A stretch of 64,000 nucleotides of DNA from an uncultured virus (IMG/VR IMGVR_UViG_3300023174_000161) (lineage: Duplodnaviria; Heunggongvirae; Uroviricota; Caudoviricetes), in IMG/VR virus record IMGVR_UViG_3300023174_000161; one strand, 5' to 3'. How positions within the stretch are numbered: position 1 is the stretch's first letter; each line of letters starts with the position of its first letter. This document shows, piece after piece, positions 46,116 through 56,100 of this stretch. The position numbers and the translations under genes were made by a program. The notes under the pieces were generated by a model. That model had not been told where the DNA came from, searched no databases, and saw nothing but the letters and a program-made list of their open reading frames with translations.

Positions 46116-47342
46116 TTATTTTAAGCCGCGCTCCAAGGCATCTAAAAACCCTAAATCAGCGGGTACGTCTACTGCTGATTCCTTCGATCCGCCAGAAGAA
46201 GGTAGGCTAGATCTAAGATCTTTAGCCAGCTGTTCCAGTTCAGAGATGCGAGACTGCGTTTTACTTACATAATCCTGGAATACGTTCATTACCACTGGCA
46301 TAGCAGCAGCATTAAACGTCAATCTAGCTTTTGAGCGGGCATCGAGTTCGGTATTTTCAATGTCCAAAGCCTGCTTTTGAATGCTTTGAATCGTGTTATT
46401 CCACTGCTCATTTCCCTCAATAGGGCGTAAAAGAGCATTTTCTTTCTGCATATTCTCCCACTCACTTTGATAAGCGGTCTGGATTTCGGCTTGTGTTCTC
46501 TTCTGAAACGCTTCTTGTTGTTGTTTTTCCTCAGATTGAATCAACTGCAAAACGGTATTAACGTCTTTAGTTAGAATATCCCTACGAGCAAATACTTTGT
46601 GAAGTTCTTCAGCCTTGTTTCTAACGGCAAGAGAATCAACGGGGTCAAAAGCACTAGTTGCCTCTTTAAGTAACGCCCTACGTTTAGCTGGATCGGATTC
46701 GGCCATAGCCACATAAAGATTGCGGGGATCAATATTTTCATAAAGAGCGGCAATGTCAGCCACTTCTTTTTGTAGACTTGTCAAAGGCTCGGTAACAGCT
46801 TGCTTGTATTCGCGGGTTGACTCAAGTCTTGAAAACTTTAACTCGTTCTCATACTCGTCTCGTTCCGACTTAAGAGCATCTAGCTGGCTCTGCAAGCTAA
46901 CTTGTTCAACAGAAGTGTTGGAGGTATCCGACATCTTTGTCTCAAGATCTTTAAGTTTTGCTCTGGCGTCACGCAAATCTTTAGTAAGGCGAGCCCAAGC
47001 TGTTTGAGCTTCAGGTTTTAGATTTTCAGGCGTTTTAATGTCCAGGTCTAAATCCAAATCCTTCTTGGAATCGGTCAAGCTCTCTTCTTTTCCGGTAAAG
47101 CGTTTTGTAAGGATATCAAGGGGGTTGGTTTTTTCTGACGCATCACTTTTGGGATTAACAATCGGTTCTGAAGATTTTGTTACTTCAGGAGTAGAGATAG
47201 TAGTAGTCGGCGTTGTTGAAACCGATGGTGTTTCTGTTGCTTTATTAATAGAGTCAAATCCTGCATCTACTGCGTCGGCAAGAGATACAAAATCATTTCC
47301 CGAAGATGCTGGGGCTTGGGGTGTTGCTGTTGTTTCGCTCAT
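46116..47342 (-). CDS. putative capsid scaffolding protein
   Basis: disordered N-terminus, long coiled-coil, between portal and MCP. Confidence 0.65.
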   Translation of the reverse strand: MSETTATPQAPASSGNDFVSLADAVDAGFDSINKATETPSVSTTPTTTISTPEVTKSSEPIVNPKSDASEKTNPLDILTKRFTGKEESLTDSKKDLDLDLDIKTPENLKPEAQTAWARLTKDLRDARAKLKDLETKMSDTSNTSVEQVSLQSQLDALKSERDEYENELKFSRLESTREYKQAVTEPLTSLQKEVADIAALYENIDPRNLYVAMAESDPAKRRALLKEATSAFDPVDSLAVRNKAEELHKVFARRDILTKDVNTVLQLIQSEEKQQQEAFQKRTQAEIQTAYQSEWENMQKENALLRPIEGNEQWNNTIQSIQKQALDIENTELDARSKARLTFNAAAMPVVMNVFQDYVSKTQSRISELEQLAKDLRSSLPSSGGSKESAVDVPADLGFLDALERGLK

Positions 47343-47357
47343 TGGTTTTTTTCCTTA

Positions 47358-47645
47358 TTAGTTTATGGTTTCTGTTTTGGTTTCCCAAGGCTCTGGTAAT
47401 TCGTCCTTCTGGACAAAGTCTTCTGACAAAGAACTTAATACACGTACAGCTTCAAAATACCCTTCTCGTCGCGCATTTAAAGTTGCGTTCCAATCAATAA
47501 AATCTACTCCTGCCGGAGGCATAGTTGGAATAGGCATTCCCAAACTCATAAGAACTTCTTTCAAAGCTTCGCCAGCTTCTGAGTGGCAAAACGTTTTCCA
47601 GGCAATTTTAAAGTCGTCTCGTTTATTCCAATCTTTTAATGTCAT
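47358..47645 (-). CDS. hypothetical head-assembly protein
   Basis: ATGA-coupled to portal. Confidence 0.6.
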   Translation of the reverse strand: MTLKDWNKRDDFKIAWKTFCHSEAGEALKEVLMSLGMPIPTMPPAGVDFIDWNATLNARREGYFEAVRVLSSLSEDFVQKDELPEPWETKTETIN

Positions 47646-49912
47646 GCTTTTGGTGCGGTGTTAGTTTTCAACGCAGCACTTAAACTAGCCGCCGCTTGAG
47701 CATCTTGTAAAGCTAATTTTTGTTTCATTTCAGCTTCTTGAAATTTAGCGTCCAGCATCGCTTTCTCTTGTTTCAGCTGCATGTCGAGCTGATGTTCTTG
47801 CATTTTCATCTGCATCTGAGGACTTATGGGCTGAACTTGGCCCTGTTCTAAAGCGGCTTGCTGTTGTTCTTCATTGGCTTTTCGAATATCTTCTTCAACA
47901 TCGCGCTGCAAATTCACAACTGCTTCTCGCATCAAATTCATCGCCATCTTAATCTGACCAAGTTCAGCTTGCTTCGTCTGGTCTTGAGCAATCCTGATAA
48001 AATGATCATTAACGTGCTGGAACATTATCGATAGGTAAGCAAGGGTTTGTTGTTTATCTTCCACTTGTTTGTTCTGTACTGCCTGAACAATAGGACCGCT
48101 GTCGCCAAGGTGAACCGCTAAATGAATGGAATGGTTTTCGCTAGGTAGAACGCTCATCTGCTTGCCTTCCTGCATGGCGGCATTTTCTAACTGAGCAATC
48201 TTGGCGTCAGCAGGAATACGATTCTTAACGTTAGGATTAGGTAGATAACGATCGACCTGATCGTAACCAACTCGGGCGGCAATCCTGTCGCGAATAGCAT
48301 TGACTTGACCAACTTCATCAAATCGAGGGAGCATGCCCATAAACTCATTAAAGGCAGTAATACGAGCTGCGGGAGAACCTAGCCCGACTGATTTAACGGG
48401 CTCTACGCTGTACACAGCTTTTACTGCTTCCCAAGGAACAGATCTTTCTTCTAAGCGTCTCCGAAACAACATTGCTTCTGCCGCCCCATCTTCTCCTTCA
48501 ATCCAAGTATCTCGTTGTAATCTCCGAAACTGTTCCCGAAGTAATCTACCCCAAGGAACATAAAACAAATTCATTGAGTTTGTCGTAAGAATACTTTCGT
48601 TCGCTACCTGGGCTTCAACTTCTGTGGCAGTCCTTGGATTGCCGGAAGGGCCATTCATTTGAGTCCTATAAGATCCAGTATTGCTTTGGCGAACCATCGC
48701 CATTTCGTTAATTAAAGGTTGAACATTCGCCGCAAGATTTGGATATTGAGTTTGAACGATATTGAGACCGGGGGGCAAGAACGAAAGCGGACCAGAATAC
48801 GCCATTGACATTCGGGAAACATCTTCCCCGCTCTGCGGTTGGAGAAGTACAGAAGTTTGCAACATAGCTCCATCTGCCATGGCGCAACGCAAACGATTAG
48901 TCATCTGAATATGCGGGAAAATCTTATAACCTAGTCCGCGGATAGAGTGATAAGTGCCATTACCAATGCCATATGTAAAAATATGAAAAGCTTCTGAAGC
49001 GGTCTTAAAACGGTTCAGCTTCTTAAATAAAAAATCTCCACTTCCGTCTCTGCGGCCTATCGCATGGGAATAAGAACCATCAAACTCGCGAACATAATAA
49101 TGGACAACATGAATTTCTTTTGAACGAACATGGGCAAAATAAAGATCATTGTTTTTCATTTGACGCTGTAACTCTTCCCAATTTAATCCTTCGGTTGGGA
49201 AGGTTGTAGTAGCGTCTAAAATAGCCTGACGAGCTGCCTCCACATTCCACCCAGCCTGAGCGGCAATTTTGGGGTCTTTGATATACTCGTACAATTCATG
49301 AGTTAAATAAATCCTGCGAACGCAAGCAATATCAACTTTACCCTCCGTTGCGGAAGTACCTCGAGGCATAAAGAAATCACCAATGGGGCAGACATTCCAC
49401 TTCCAGTTTCTTTCGTCCTCAAAAAAAGCAATCCCCAAACCTTGCGAAACAAAATAGTAAGACAACAACTGCTGTTTAAAATAAAAACTATCCCAATCTT
49501 TTGTGATAAGACGATTAAATTCTTCTGCAATAATTGATCCGTATTCTTCTCTTTGACTTTCATCGCCAAACTTGGTTCTAATGTTAACCAGGCGATCAAC
49601 AGAAGTTACAAGATCATTGTATGAAGTTAAGGCTTTTTCAAGATCTGCTCCGGCCTCGCCAAAGTTTAGGTTGGCTCGATAACTCTGTCCAAGGCGTCGT
49701 AGAACAGTTGGGTCGTAAGGAGAGGCCCCATCAAACATATCCATGATTCGGGCGCGATCGCGAGCCGACTGTTCGTCAGCCAAATACAATTGCTGGTATA
49801 AACCGTGCAGACCCTTCTGATCTGTGATACGCGTTTTTGGCGCTTTACCTTTGCTATTTAGGTTTAACAAGGAATCGTCGTTAGGAGAAGAAATAGGATA
49901 TTTGGGCTCCAC
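47642..49912 (-). CDS. portal (head-tail connector) protein
   Basis: about 756 aa after terminase, RTATEV motif, Q-rich coiled-coil C-terminus; start probably GTG 49912. Confidence 0.75.
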   Translation of the reverse strand: MEPKYPISSPNDDSLLNLNSKGKAPKTRITDQKGLHGLYQQLYLADEQSARDRARIMDMFDGASPYDPTVLRRLGQSYRANLNFGEAGADLEKALTSYNDLVTSVDRLVNIRTKFGDESQREEYGSIIAEEFNRLITKDWDSFYFKQQLLSYYFVSQGLGIAFFEDERNWKWNVCPIGDFFMPRGTSATEGKVDIACVRRIYLTHELYEYIKDPKIAAQAGWNVEAARQAILDATTTFPTEGLNWEELQRQMKNNDLYFAHVRSKEIHVVHYYVREFDGSYSHAIGRRDGSGDFLFKKLNRFKTASEAFHIFTYGIGNGTYHSIRGLGYKIFPHIQMTNRLRCAMADGAMLQTSVLLQPQSGEDVSRMSMAYSGPLSFLPPGLNIVQTQYPNLAANVQPLINEMAMVRQSNTGSYRTQMNGPSGNPRTATEVEAQVANESILTTNSMNLFYVPWGRLLREQFRRLQRDTWIEGEDGAAEAMLFRRRLEERSVPWEAVKAVYSVEPVKSVGLGSPAARITAFNEFMGMLPRFDEVGQVNAIRDRIAARVGYDQVDRYLPNPNVKNRIPADAKIAQLENAAMQEGKQMSVLPSENHSIHLAVHLGDSGPIVQAVQNKQVEDKQQTLAYLSIMFQHVNDHFIRIAQDQTKQAELGQIKMAMNLMREAVVNLQRDVEEDIRKANEEQQQAALEQGQVQPISPQMQMKMQEHQLDMQLKQEKAMLDAKFQEAEMKQKLALQDAQAAASLSAALKTNTAPKA

Positions 49913-49922
49913 AAGTTTGGCT

Positions 49923-49951
49923 AGTATGGGGGAATGCTGTGTTCCTGTCAA
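49923..49951 (-). promoter_or_regulatory. promoter for portal gene
   Basis: TTGACA-N17-CATACT. Confidence 0.55.
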
Positions 49952-49962
49952 TCAGATTTGAA

Positions 49963-51678
49963 TTAACCCAAGAACGAAGAGTCTGCCACCGCTCGGTCTA
50001 GTTTTCTTACTTGGGTTTGCCAGGAGTCCCTCATTTTACCGCCCACAAGAGAACCTGCTTGAATGCCAAGCCTTTGTCTAGCAAGATCAAGCCCTAGAAA
50101 AAAAGCATCGGCCAAATCGGGAGACCGTCCAAGACGCAGTTTATAATCTCGTTTTGGCTCAATAGTAACCTTACCTCCGGCTGTAGTAGTGTATTTTCTA
50201 CCAGTCATTTCTTTAGCTAAGTCGGGGAGTATACCTTTAAGCTGGCCCGACCTCATATATTCAACTCCCGAAAACCACAGTTCGGTAACGCGATTAGTAT
50301 ACTTATCTAAGCCTCGAATGGGATTAGTAATGCTAACGGGCAAAGCGGATGCTTTTTCTCCAAACTTGATTCGTACAATTCTTGGGGACCAAAGCTCAGC
50401 CAAGATGTCGCAAAACGGATCGCCTGCTCCAGTAGCGTCTATGGCTAGCCGTTCAGGAGGTACACCGGATTCATTGCATAACCGAATAACTTCTCGGGCA
50501 ATCTGAAAGTTTCTGGGTTCTGGTTTGGTAACATCTTCTCTTAGGTGATGGAATTTATGCAATGCTACGGCGGGACCAGACTCCTCGCTCTGACCATATT
50601 TAATAATGGCGAGAACTGATCTATCTCCTCCATTTGTGAATGCCGGATCAAATCCAGCCAGGAACATAGGAGTATTCGACCATCTCGGTTCTTTGGCGAC
50701 ATCGTACTTTCTAAAATCGGCTTCCGAATAAATGCCCTCTTCAGCCCCAACAGGAGCGGGGAAACTTCTAATGAACCGCCAGAACGACAGAGAGTTTTCT
50801 CCTTCATTCTCAATAGCGTACTTTACTTGCTTGGAGGTTAACAAGAATGGCCATTTATCATTGTGCTCAATGTTGGGTGTTTTAAGTCCGTCTAAGTGAA
50901 CGCATTTCCCCGTCTTAGTATCCCACTCGTCGGCGTCTACAGTTATTGAGTTCCAACCATCTTTCGGTGTAGAGAATATTCCGAATGGGTCGTACTGCGA
51001 ATTAAAGTTACCAAGAGCGACGCATTGAAACTGAGGATTAGCATTAAGATTGTTAATAGCCTCAAAGACAGAATTAGTAACGTCGGTGGCCTCGTCAATA
51101 ATTAAGAATACTCTTTTATTCTTTAAACCAATTAGTTTAGCGGTCGCTTCTTTTTCCTTGTCGGGACTGGAGGGAACCAAGGTTATGGAGGATCGATCCG
51201 ATGCTTCGCCAGATTCCGATACGTCCAGCACAATTTTGCCCATAGAGTCAATTAACTTCCCTGGCAATCCTGGAACCTGCATGTATCGTTCACGTATTGA
51301 ACCCCACAAACGTTTTCTTGCTTCTCGAACGCTAGTGGTGGTTACCAGCACAAGAGTCTCGTGCGGGGCGCACAACCAATTAACAAGTCCCCACATAGCC
51401 ATGGTTGAAGTTTTGGCGGAAGATTTGGGGCCGGAAATGGCTAGATAATTGTGTTCACACGCCCGTTCAATCATCCAATCGGCCCAAGGATGCCAATGAA
51501 ATCCATTTTTGTTTTTAGTTTTATGATAAGGCCACAAAATATTTACCACGTTTTTAAAATGCTGAGCCTTACCCAAACCTCCATCTTCCGGGCGTAACCC
51601 CCATTTGAAGGCGAGCAATTCAATGTCGAGATCGTTGGCGCCATCGGGCCAGGATTTTCCATATCGTTCAATAGGCAA
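49963..51678 (-). CDS. terL: terminase large subunit
   Basis: Walker A ISGPKSSAKT, Walker B LIIDEA, LGN, nuclease GFDPAF..GD, IDATG.G, SPDLADA. Confidence 0.9.
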   Translation of the reverse strand: MPIERYGKSWPDGANDLDIELLAFKWGLRPEDGGLGKAQHFKNVVNILWPYHKTKNKNGFHWHPWADWMIERACEHNYLAISGPKSSAKTSTMAMWGLVNWLCAPHETLVLVTTTSVREARKRLWGSIRERYMQVPGLPGKLIDSMGKIVLDVSESGEASDRSSITLVPSSPDKEKEATAKLIGLKNKRVFLIIDEATDVTNSVFEAINNLNANPQFQCVALGNFNSQYDPFGIFSTPKDGWNSITVDADEWDTKTGKCVHLDGLKTPNIEHNDKWPFLLTSKQVKYAIENEGENSLSFWRFIRSFPAPVGAEEGIYSEADFRKYDVAKEPRWSNTPMFLAGFDPAFTNGGDRSVLAIIKYGQSEESGPAVALHKFHHLREDVTKPEPRNFQIAREVIRLCNESGVPPERLAIDATGAGDPFCDILAELWSPRIVRIKFGEKASALPVSITNPIRGLDKYTNRVTELWFSGVEYMRSGQLKGILPDLAKEMTGRKYTTTAGGKVTIEPKRDYKLRLGRSPDLADAFFLGLDLARQRLGIQAGSLVGGKMRDSWQTQVRKLDRAVADSSFLG

Positions 51679-51684
51679 GCAAGT

Positions 51685-51727
51685 AGTCTGGGTATTGGCT
51701 TGACAATTGTCAAATCGAGTTCAGCCT
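51685..51727. promoter_or_regulatory. overlapping divergent promoters sharing palindrome TTGACAATTGTCAA
   Basis: + TTGACA-N16-CAGCCT; - TTGACA-N17-CAGACT, at the late/replication divergence. Confidence 0.65.
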
Positions 51728-51756
51728 AACCGAACGCTTTGGAACACATATGATCA

Positions 51757-52158
51757 ATGAACAGCTGTCAAAAAGGCAAGGTTGGAGAACGTGAGTGGCG
51801 TGATGTCCTCAAAGAAAAAGGTTTTGAGGCGCGGCGCGGTCGTCAATTCTCAGGCAGCCCTGAATCGCCGGACGTTATCTCAAACCTCCCTTTTCACTTT
51901 GAGGTCAAGCGGGTTGAGGCCCTCAACATTGATAAAGCAATGGAACAGGCCCAACGAGACTGTGGCAAGAGTATGCCAGTTGTGGCCCATAGAAAAAACA
52001 AACGCCCGTGGCTTGTTACGATGGTTGCGGAAGATTGGCTTGATTTAGTTCGTGAAAAACATTCAGACGCCTGTCACCCTGCATTCATGGCAGGAGAAAT
52101 CAAAGAACACTTTACTAGCGGCAATTCGGAACCACTCAGTCGCGCTGGATTGTTCTGA
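51757..52158 (+). CDS. Holliday junction resolvase-like PD-(D/E)XK nuclease
   Basis: KGKVGERE, PDV, FEVKR, PVVAHRKN..PWLV. Confidence 0.75.
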   Translation: MNSCQKGKVGEREWRDVLKEKGFEARRGRQFSGSPESPDVISNLPFHFEVKRVEALNIDKAMEQAQRDCGKSMPVVAHRKNKRPWLVTMVAEDWLDLVREKHSDACHPAFMAGEIKEHFTSGNSEPLSRAGLF

Positions 52159-53356
52159 TACAGGAACTGGTAAAACCGTAACGGCTTGTTCAGTAGTTAA
52201 AGATCTTTCTATTCCGTTTGCAATTGTAGCTCCCAAAATAGTTCTTCCGGCCTGGAAAGAATGGTGTAGCACATTTGGGCTACAGCCGGAGTTTGTGCTG
52301 AACTACGAAAAGCTTCGTACAGGTAATACCCCATACATTAAAAAACTTGGTAATAAACAATGGGAGTGGGCTCACAAGGGGCCAGAGTTTCTTTACATAT
52401 TTGATGAGGTACACAAATGCAAGAGTTACAAGTCACAAAATGGAGCGATGCTTGAGGCCGCAAAATCCAGCAAAGTTTTAATGTTGTCGGCCACAGCTGC
52501 GGGAAGTCCTCTGGACATGCGATTTACAGGAAGATTATTGGGGCTGCACAATGGTTTAAACTTCTTCAGTTGGCTCCACAAAAATGGTGTAGTTAAAGCT
52601 CCTTGGGGCGGAATGACTTTTCGTGGGGGTAAGCGGGTTCTTACTGACATACACTCAAAAATTTTTCCAGCTAAGGGGGTTCGTATACGAATTAGCGAGC
52701 TGGGTGACGCTTTCCCAAGCAATCAAGTCAACGCTCAGACGTTTGATATTTCGCCAAAGATTGGAGAACTATATCAACAGGTAGAGCAAGAAATAGCGGA
52801 ATTAAAAGACAAAGCAAAAGACGATAGAGATCCAGAGAGCCCGTTGACAAAACGACTTCGCATGAGGCAAGAGATTGAACTTCTTCGGGTGCCGGTAATC
52901 GTTGAGATGGCGGAAGAGTTCTTGGCTGAAAATAAAAGCGTGGTTTGTTTTGTAAACTTTAGGCAAACTCTAGAAGCCATAGGGGAACGAACAAAAAAAC
53001 TAAAACCTTTATACATTCACGGGGGACAATCTTCCAAAGAGAGGGAGGACAATGTTCAGGCATTCCAAGCAAACGCTCATCATTTGCTGTTATGTCAAAT
53101 AAACGCCGGAGGCGTCGGGGTAAATTTGCATGATCTCCATGGAAGACCTCGTGTCTCTTTGATTAGCCCTACGTATTCGGCGATAGATTTAAAACAAGCT
53201 CTCGGTCGAATTCATCGGTCGGGGTCAAAATCTCCAGCGCTTCAGTATATTTTGTTTGCCGCAAATTCCGTTGAGGAAGAAGTAAGTCAATCAGTCAAAA
53301 GAAAACTTCGTAATATTGATTTGTTGAATGACGGTGATTTAATCACGCACAATTAG
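52052..53356 (+). CDS. SF2 helicase (SNF2-like)
   Basis: DTGTGKT, DEVH, LSAT, AGGVGVNL, QALGRIHR. Confidence 0.88.
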   Translation: MKNIQTPVTLHSWQEKSKNTLLAAIRNHSVALDCSDTGTGKTVTACSVVKDLSIPFAIVAPKIVLPAWKEWCSTFGLQPEFVLNYEKLRTGNTPYIKKLGNKQWEWAHKGPEFLYIFDEVHKCKSYKSQNGAMLEAAKSSKVLMLSATAAGSPLDMRFTGRLLGLHNGLNFFSWLHKNGVVKAPWGGMTFRGGKRVLTDIHSKIFPAKGVRIRISELGDAFPSNQVNAQTFDISPKIGELYQQVEQEIAELKDKAKDDRDPESPLTKRLRMRQEIELLRVPVIVEMAEEFLAENKSVVCFVNFRQTLEAIGERTKKLKPLYIHGGQSSKEREDNVQAFQANAHHLLLCQINAGGVGVNLHDLHGRPRVSLISPTYSAIDLKQALGRIHRSGSKSPALQYILFAANSVEEEVSQSVKRKLRNIDLLNDGDLITHN

Positions 53357-53359
53357 TTG

Positions 53360-53387
53360 TTGACGATTACGTTTTGGAGGTCACAAT
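53360..53387 (+). promoter_or_regulatory. sigma70-type promoter
   Basis: TTGACG-N16-CACAAT before ATG 53401. Confidence 0.55.
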
Positions 53388-53400
53388 CCACGTCACGCTA

Positions 53401-53637
53401 ATGGATACTCAACACGCAAGGTATAGCCCAAGCACTCTTAAAAGCCGGGAACTCTGCCCGGGGTATGAGCCTAAAAAAGATGGGCAAGTTCATATTGTAA
53501 CCCAACGTGGAACAGCTATGCACTACGCTTGTGAAATGAGCGATTTCCAAAATTTAAATGCGGATGAAACTAAACTTGTGATGAAATGTTTGGATTACAT
53601 TGAACGCCTTAGAGCGGAGTTGATTCAAGATGCTTGA
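53401..53637 (+). CDS. Cas4-like/DUF2800 exonuclease, N-terminal part
   Basis: HARYSPS...CPG...RGTAMH. Confidence 0.7.
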   Translation: MDTQHARYSPSTLKSRELCPGYEPKKDGQVHIVTQRGTAMHYACEMSDFQNLNADETKLVMKCLDYIERLRAELIQDA

Positions 53638-54508
53638 CGTAAAAGAAATTAAACTGGAGGTTTTTGACCAATGGGGTTTTGTGGATCGATTGATGATTCG
53701 CGGAAACAAAGCGCATTTGATCGATTACAAATTTGGTTTTAACCCCGTGGATGACGCTGAGCATAACGCTCAGATGTGGGCGTACACGCTGGGTGTATTT
53801 GATAAATACGATTACATAACTGAAGTTACAGTTCACATATTGCAACCAAGACTTGATTTGATTTTCACTCATACGTTTAACCGGGAGGCTGACTATGGGA
53901 GAATACACAAACGAATAAAAGGAATTATAGACAAATGCAAAAATCACACCGAAGCGGATTACACACCTGGAGATCAATGTATTTACTGCCACAAACTAGC
54001 GGATTGTTCCGCAGTTCACGGAGCCACTATGCAAATAGTTAAAGCTTACGACCTAACCCACGATGCTCAGTTGCCCGAACTCTTTCAGCCAAATCAACTT
54101 TCGACACCAGAACGTAGGGCCCAGGCACAAAAAATTGCCATCGTCATGGAAGCATGGTGTGCTAGTGTCCGCAAACACAATTTAGAATTCGCCAAAGAGG
54201 GTGGAGAAATTCCTGGGTATGGACTACAGGAAGTTCAAGGAAAGAGAAAAATATTTGATTCGCAAAAAGCTTGGGAAACTGTCCAAAACAAATTGACGCC
54301 TGATGAATTTGCGTCGGCTTGCGAGGTCAGTTTTACGGATTTGGCGGAACTGGTTGCCGCCAAAGCGCCGAGAGGTCGGAAGACCGCGGCGAAAGAACAA
54401 CTGGAGGAAGAATTGTTTACTGCCGAAGCAATGAGGCGTAACGAACCTTCCTATCAACTAAAAAGAATAAAAGAGACAAATAAACAAAATGAAAACCTCA
54501 TTCAGTAA
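53630..54508 (+). CDS. Cas4-like/DUF2800 exonuclease, catalytic C-terminal part
   Basis: GFVD, IDYKFG, QMWAY, ILQPR, CIYCHKLADC. Confidence 0.8.
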   Translation: MLDVKEIKLEVFDQWGFVDRLMIRGNKAHLIDYKFGFNPVDDAEHNAQMWAYTLGVFDKYDYITEVTVHILQPRLDLIFTHTFNREADYGRIHKRIKGIIDKCKNHTEADYTPGDQCIYCHKLADCSAVHGATMQIVKAYDLTHDAQLPELFQPNQLSTPERRAQAQKIAIVMEAWCASVRKHNLEFAKEGGEIPGYGLQEVQGKRKIFDSQKAWETVQNKLTPDEFASACEVSFTDLAELVAAKAPRGRKTAAKEQLEEELFTAEAMRRNEPSYQLKRIKETNKQNENLIQ

Positions 54509-55205
54509 AAAAGATAAAGAAGCGGTGGAAGCAAGCGAAGAAAAGGCATTGGTATCCGCGGAGTCGAAATCTCCGACCATTACCAATCGCAACGCCGGAG
54601 TAGACGGAGAGTTTAAAGCTTCCGACTTTTTGATCCCCAGGATCAATCTTGTCGGTAAGACTGGAAACCTCAGCAATAACTTCCAGCCAGGTTCTTTTGT
54701 GTTCAACAAAGAACTTGTTGTTGGTAGCAAGGACTCGGCGATGGAAGCAATCATCACCCACATCCAGAAGAAATACATCCAGGAAATTCCTTACGGAACG
54801 GATGTGATTCCAAAGATCTTTGCTTCGCAAGCCGAGGTGGAGTCAGCGGGTGGAACTTTGGATATATCCGAATCCGAAGATGTGGATCGGTATATCCCAT
54901 TCTTGGTTCTGACTCTGTTGGTCTCCGAACCTAAAGATAAGAATCCGATCTTTTCTCTTGAGGGACCGGATAAAAAGAACTACGCTTTGGCGCAGTACAA
55001 TCTCACCAAGAGTGCGTACCGCGGAGCTGGTCGTCAGTTATTGACTGACAGTCAGACAGTATTGCGGGGTGGCCTAACAAAGGGTCGCTACCAGGTTAGC
55101 AGTAAGCTCAACACCAATACGATGGGCAGTTGGTTTACGCCCACGTTTAAATTGGCTGGAACAAATAATGACGAGTTCCAGGCTTGGGCTTCTAGTCTGA
55201 TCTAA
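54489..55205 (+). CDS. putative ssDNA-binding/recombination protein
   Basis: DFLIPRINLV motif, position between exonuclease and polymerase. Confidence 0.45.
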   Translation: MKTSFSKKDKEAVEASEEKALVSAESKSPTITNRNAGVDGEFKASDFLIPRINLVGKTGNLSNNFQPGSFVFNKELVVGSKDSAMEAIITHIQKKYIQEIPYGTDVIPKIFASQAEVESAGGTLDISESEDVDRYIPFLVLTLLVSEPKDKNPIFSLEGPDKKNYALAQYNLTKSAYRGAGRQLLTDSQTVLRGGLTKGRYQVSSKLNTNTMGSWFTPTFKLAGTNNDEFQAWASSLI

Positions 55206-55370
55206 ACAGATGAAGAAGGGGAGACGTTCCGGCATGGTGCGGCGCGAGAAGCGCCGACAGGTCAAGTGTTCCTTGCCGCGTGAAACACCGGACGTCCTCC
55301 GTCAACTTGTACTCCTTCTTAGGGATACACTTCAATTTCAAGTTCAAACACCAACGCAAGTAAAGGGTAT

Positions 55371-55670
55371 ATGGATCAAGACAAAATAGCTCCTACTGTT
55401 ACCGAAGTAGCTAACGAGGCGTTTTCAGTAATTTGCCGGATTATGGACAAGGGATCGGACAAAAGTACTTTTGGCCAATGGTTTCATACGGATAGCCGTA
55501 GGTACAATGCGGATAGGCTCATTGGTCACGTAACTCAGGCCATGATGCAAATAGATGGAAATAGGCCAAGTCCAGATGTAAATGGGGAAAATCCTGTAGC
55601 CCATCTTGAAAGGGCTTTAGTTCGTGCTGCTTTTCTTCTGTACAAAACCTATAGAGGTAAAACAGAATGA
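55371..55670 (+). CDS. possible dATP/dGTP diphosphohydrolase-like (DUF5664) protein
   Basis: G..K....W...Y.D.L..H......G....D..GE...HL..A..R..FL pattern. Confidence 0.4.
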   Translation: MDQDKIAPTVTEVANEAFSVICRIMDKGSDKSTFGQWFHTDSRRYNADRLIGHVTQAMMQIDGNRPSPDVNGENPVAHLERALVRAAFLLYKTYRGKTE

Positions 55671-55873
55671 TGGATTACTTTTGGCTTTGGTTATTTGTGT
55701 GGATCAGTAAAAGGTGGTTTCCAACTGTAATCTTTTCTACTGACCCAAAAACAGAACGAACTGCGTCAATATTCTTTTTTGATTCCGAGGAACAAGCAAA
55801 AAGATTATTTGATCTTATTCAGGCCAATAGCTTAAACCACGAACTAAAAAAGGAGACAAAGAATGATAATTGA
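55667..55873 (+). CDS. hypothetical protein
   Basis: ATGA coupling. Confidence 0.5.
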   Translation: MMDYFWLWLFVWISKRWFPTVIFSTDPKTERTASIFFFDSEEQAKRLFDLIQANSLNHELKKETKNDN

Positions 55874-55956
55874 ATGGTTATGGAATCAACGGGGGTTTGC
55901 ATTCCCCAAAACAGAAACAAAAAGCAACAAGGCAAATATAAAAAAGGTAAAATCAA

Positions 55957-56100
55957 ATGCCAAAACAAAATCAAGAAAACAAAAATAAATTTACCGCGGA
56001 GGTATTAAAAGAGCTGGATTATCTTCTAGCAGAAGGATTTGTATGTTTAACCAACCCAAAGAACCCTACGATTGTTTTAAACCAGGAGGTAAACACATGA
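55957..56100 (+). CDS. 47-aa protein not in ORF track
   Basis: AAGGT RBS, ATGA-coupled to 56097. Confidence 0.4.
   Translation: MPKQNQENKNKFTAEVLKELDYLLAEGFVCLTNPKNPTIVLNQEVNT

Noticed and set aside
49913..49951. TTG start given for the portal
   Set aside because: That TTG is the -35 box TTGACA; GTG 49912 fits better.
53401..54508. CRISPR-Cas system suggested by the Cas4-like nuclease
   Set aside because: No repeat-spacer array or other cas genes seen; stand-alone phage exonuclease.
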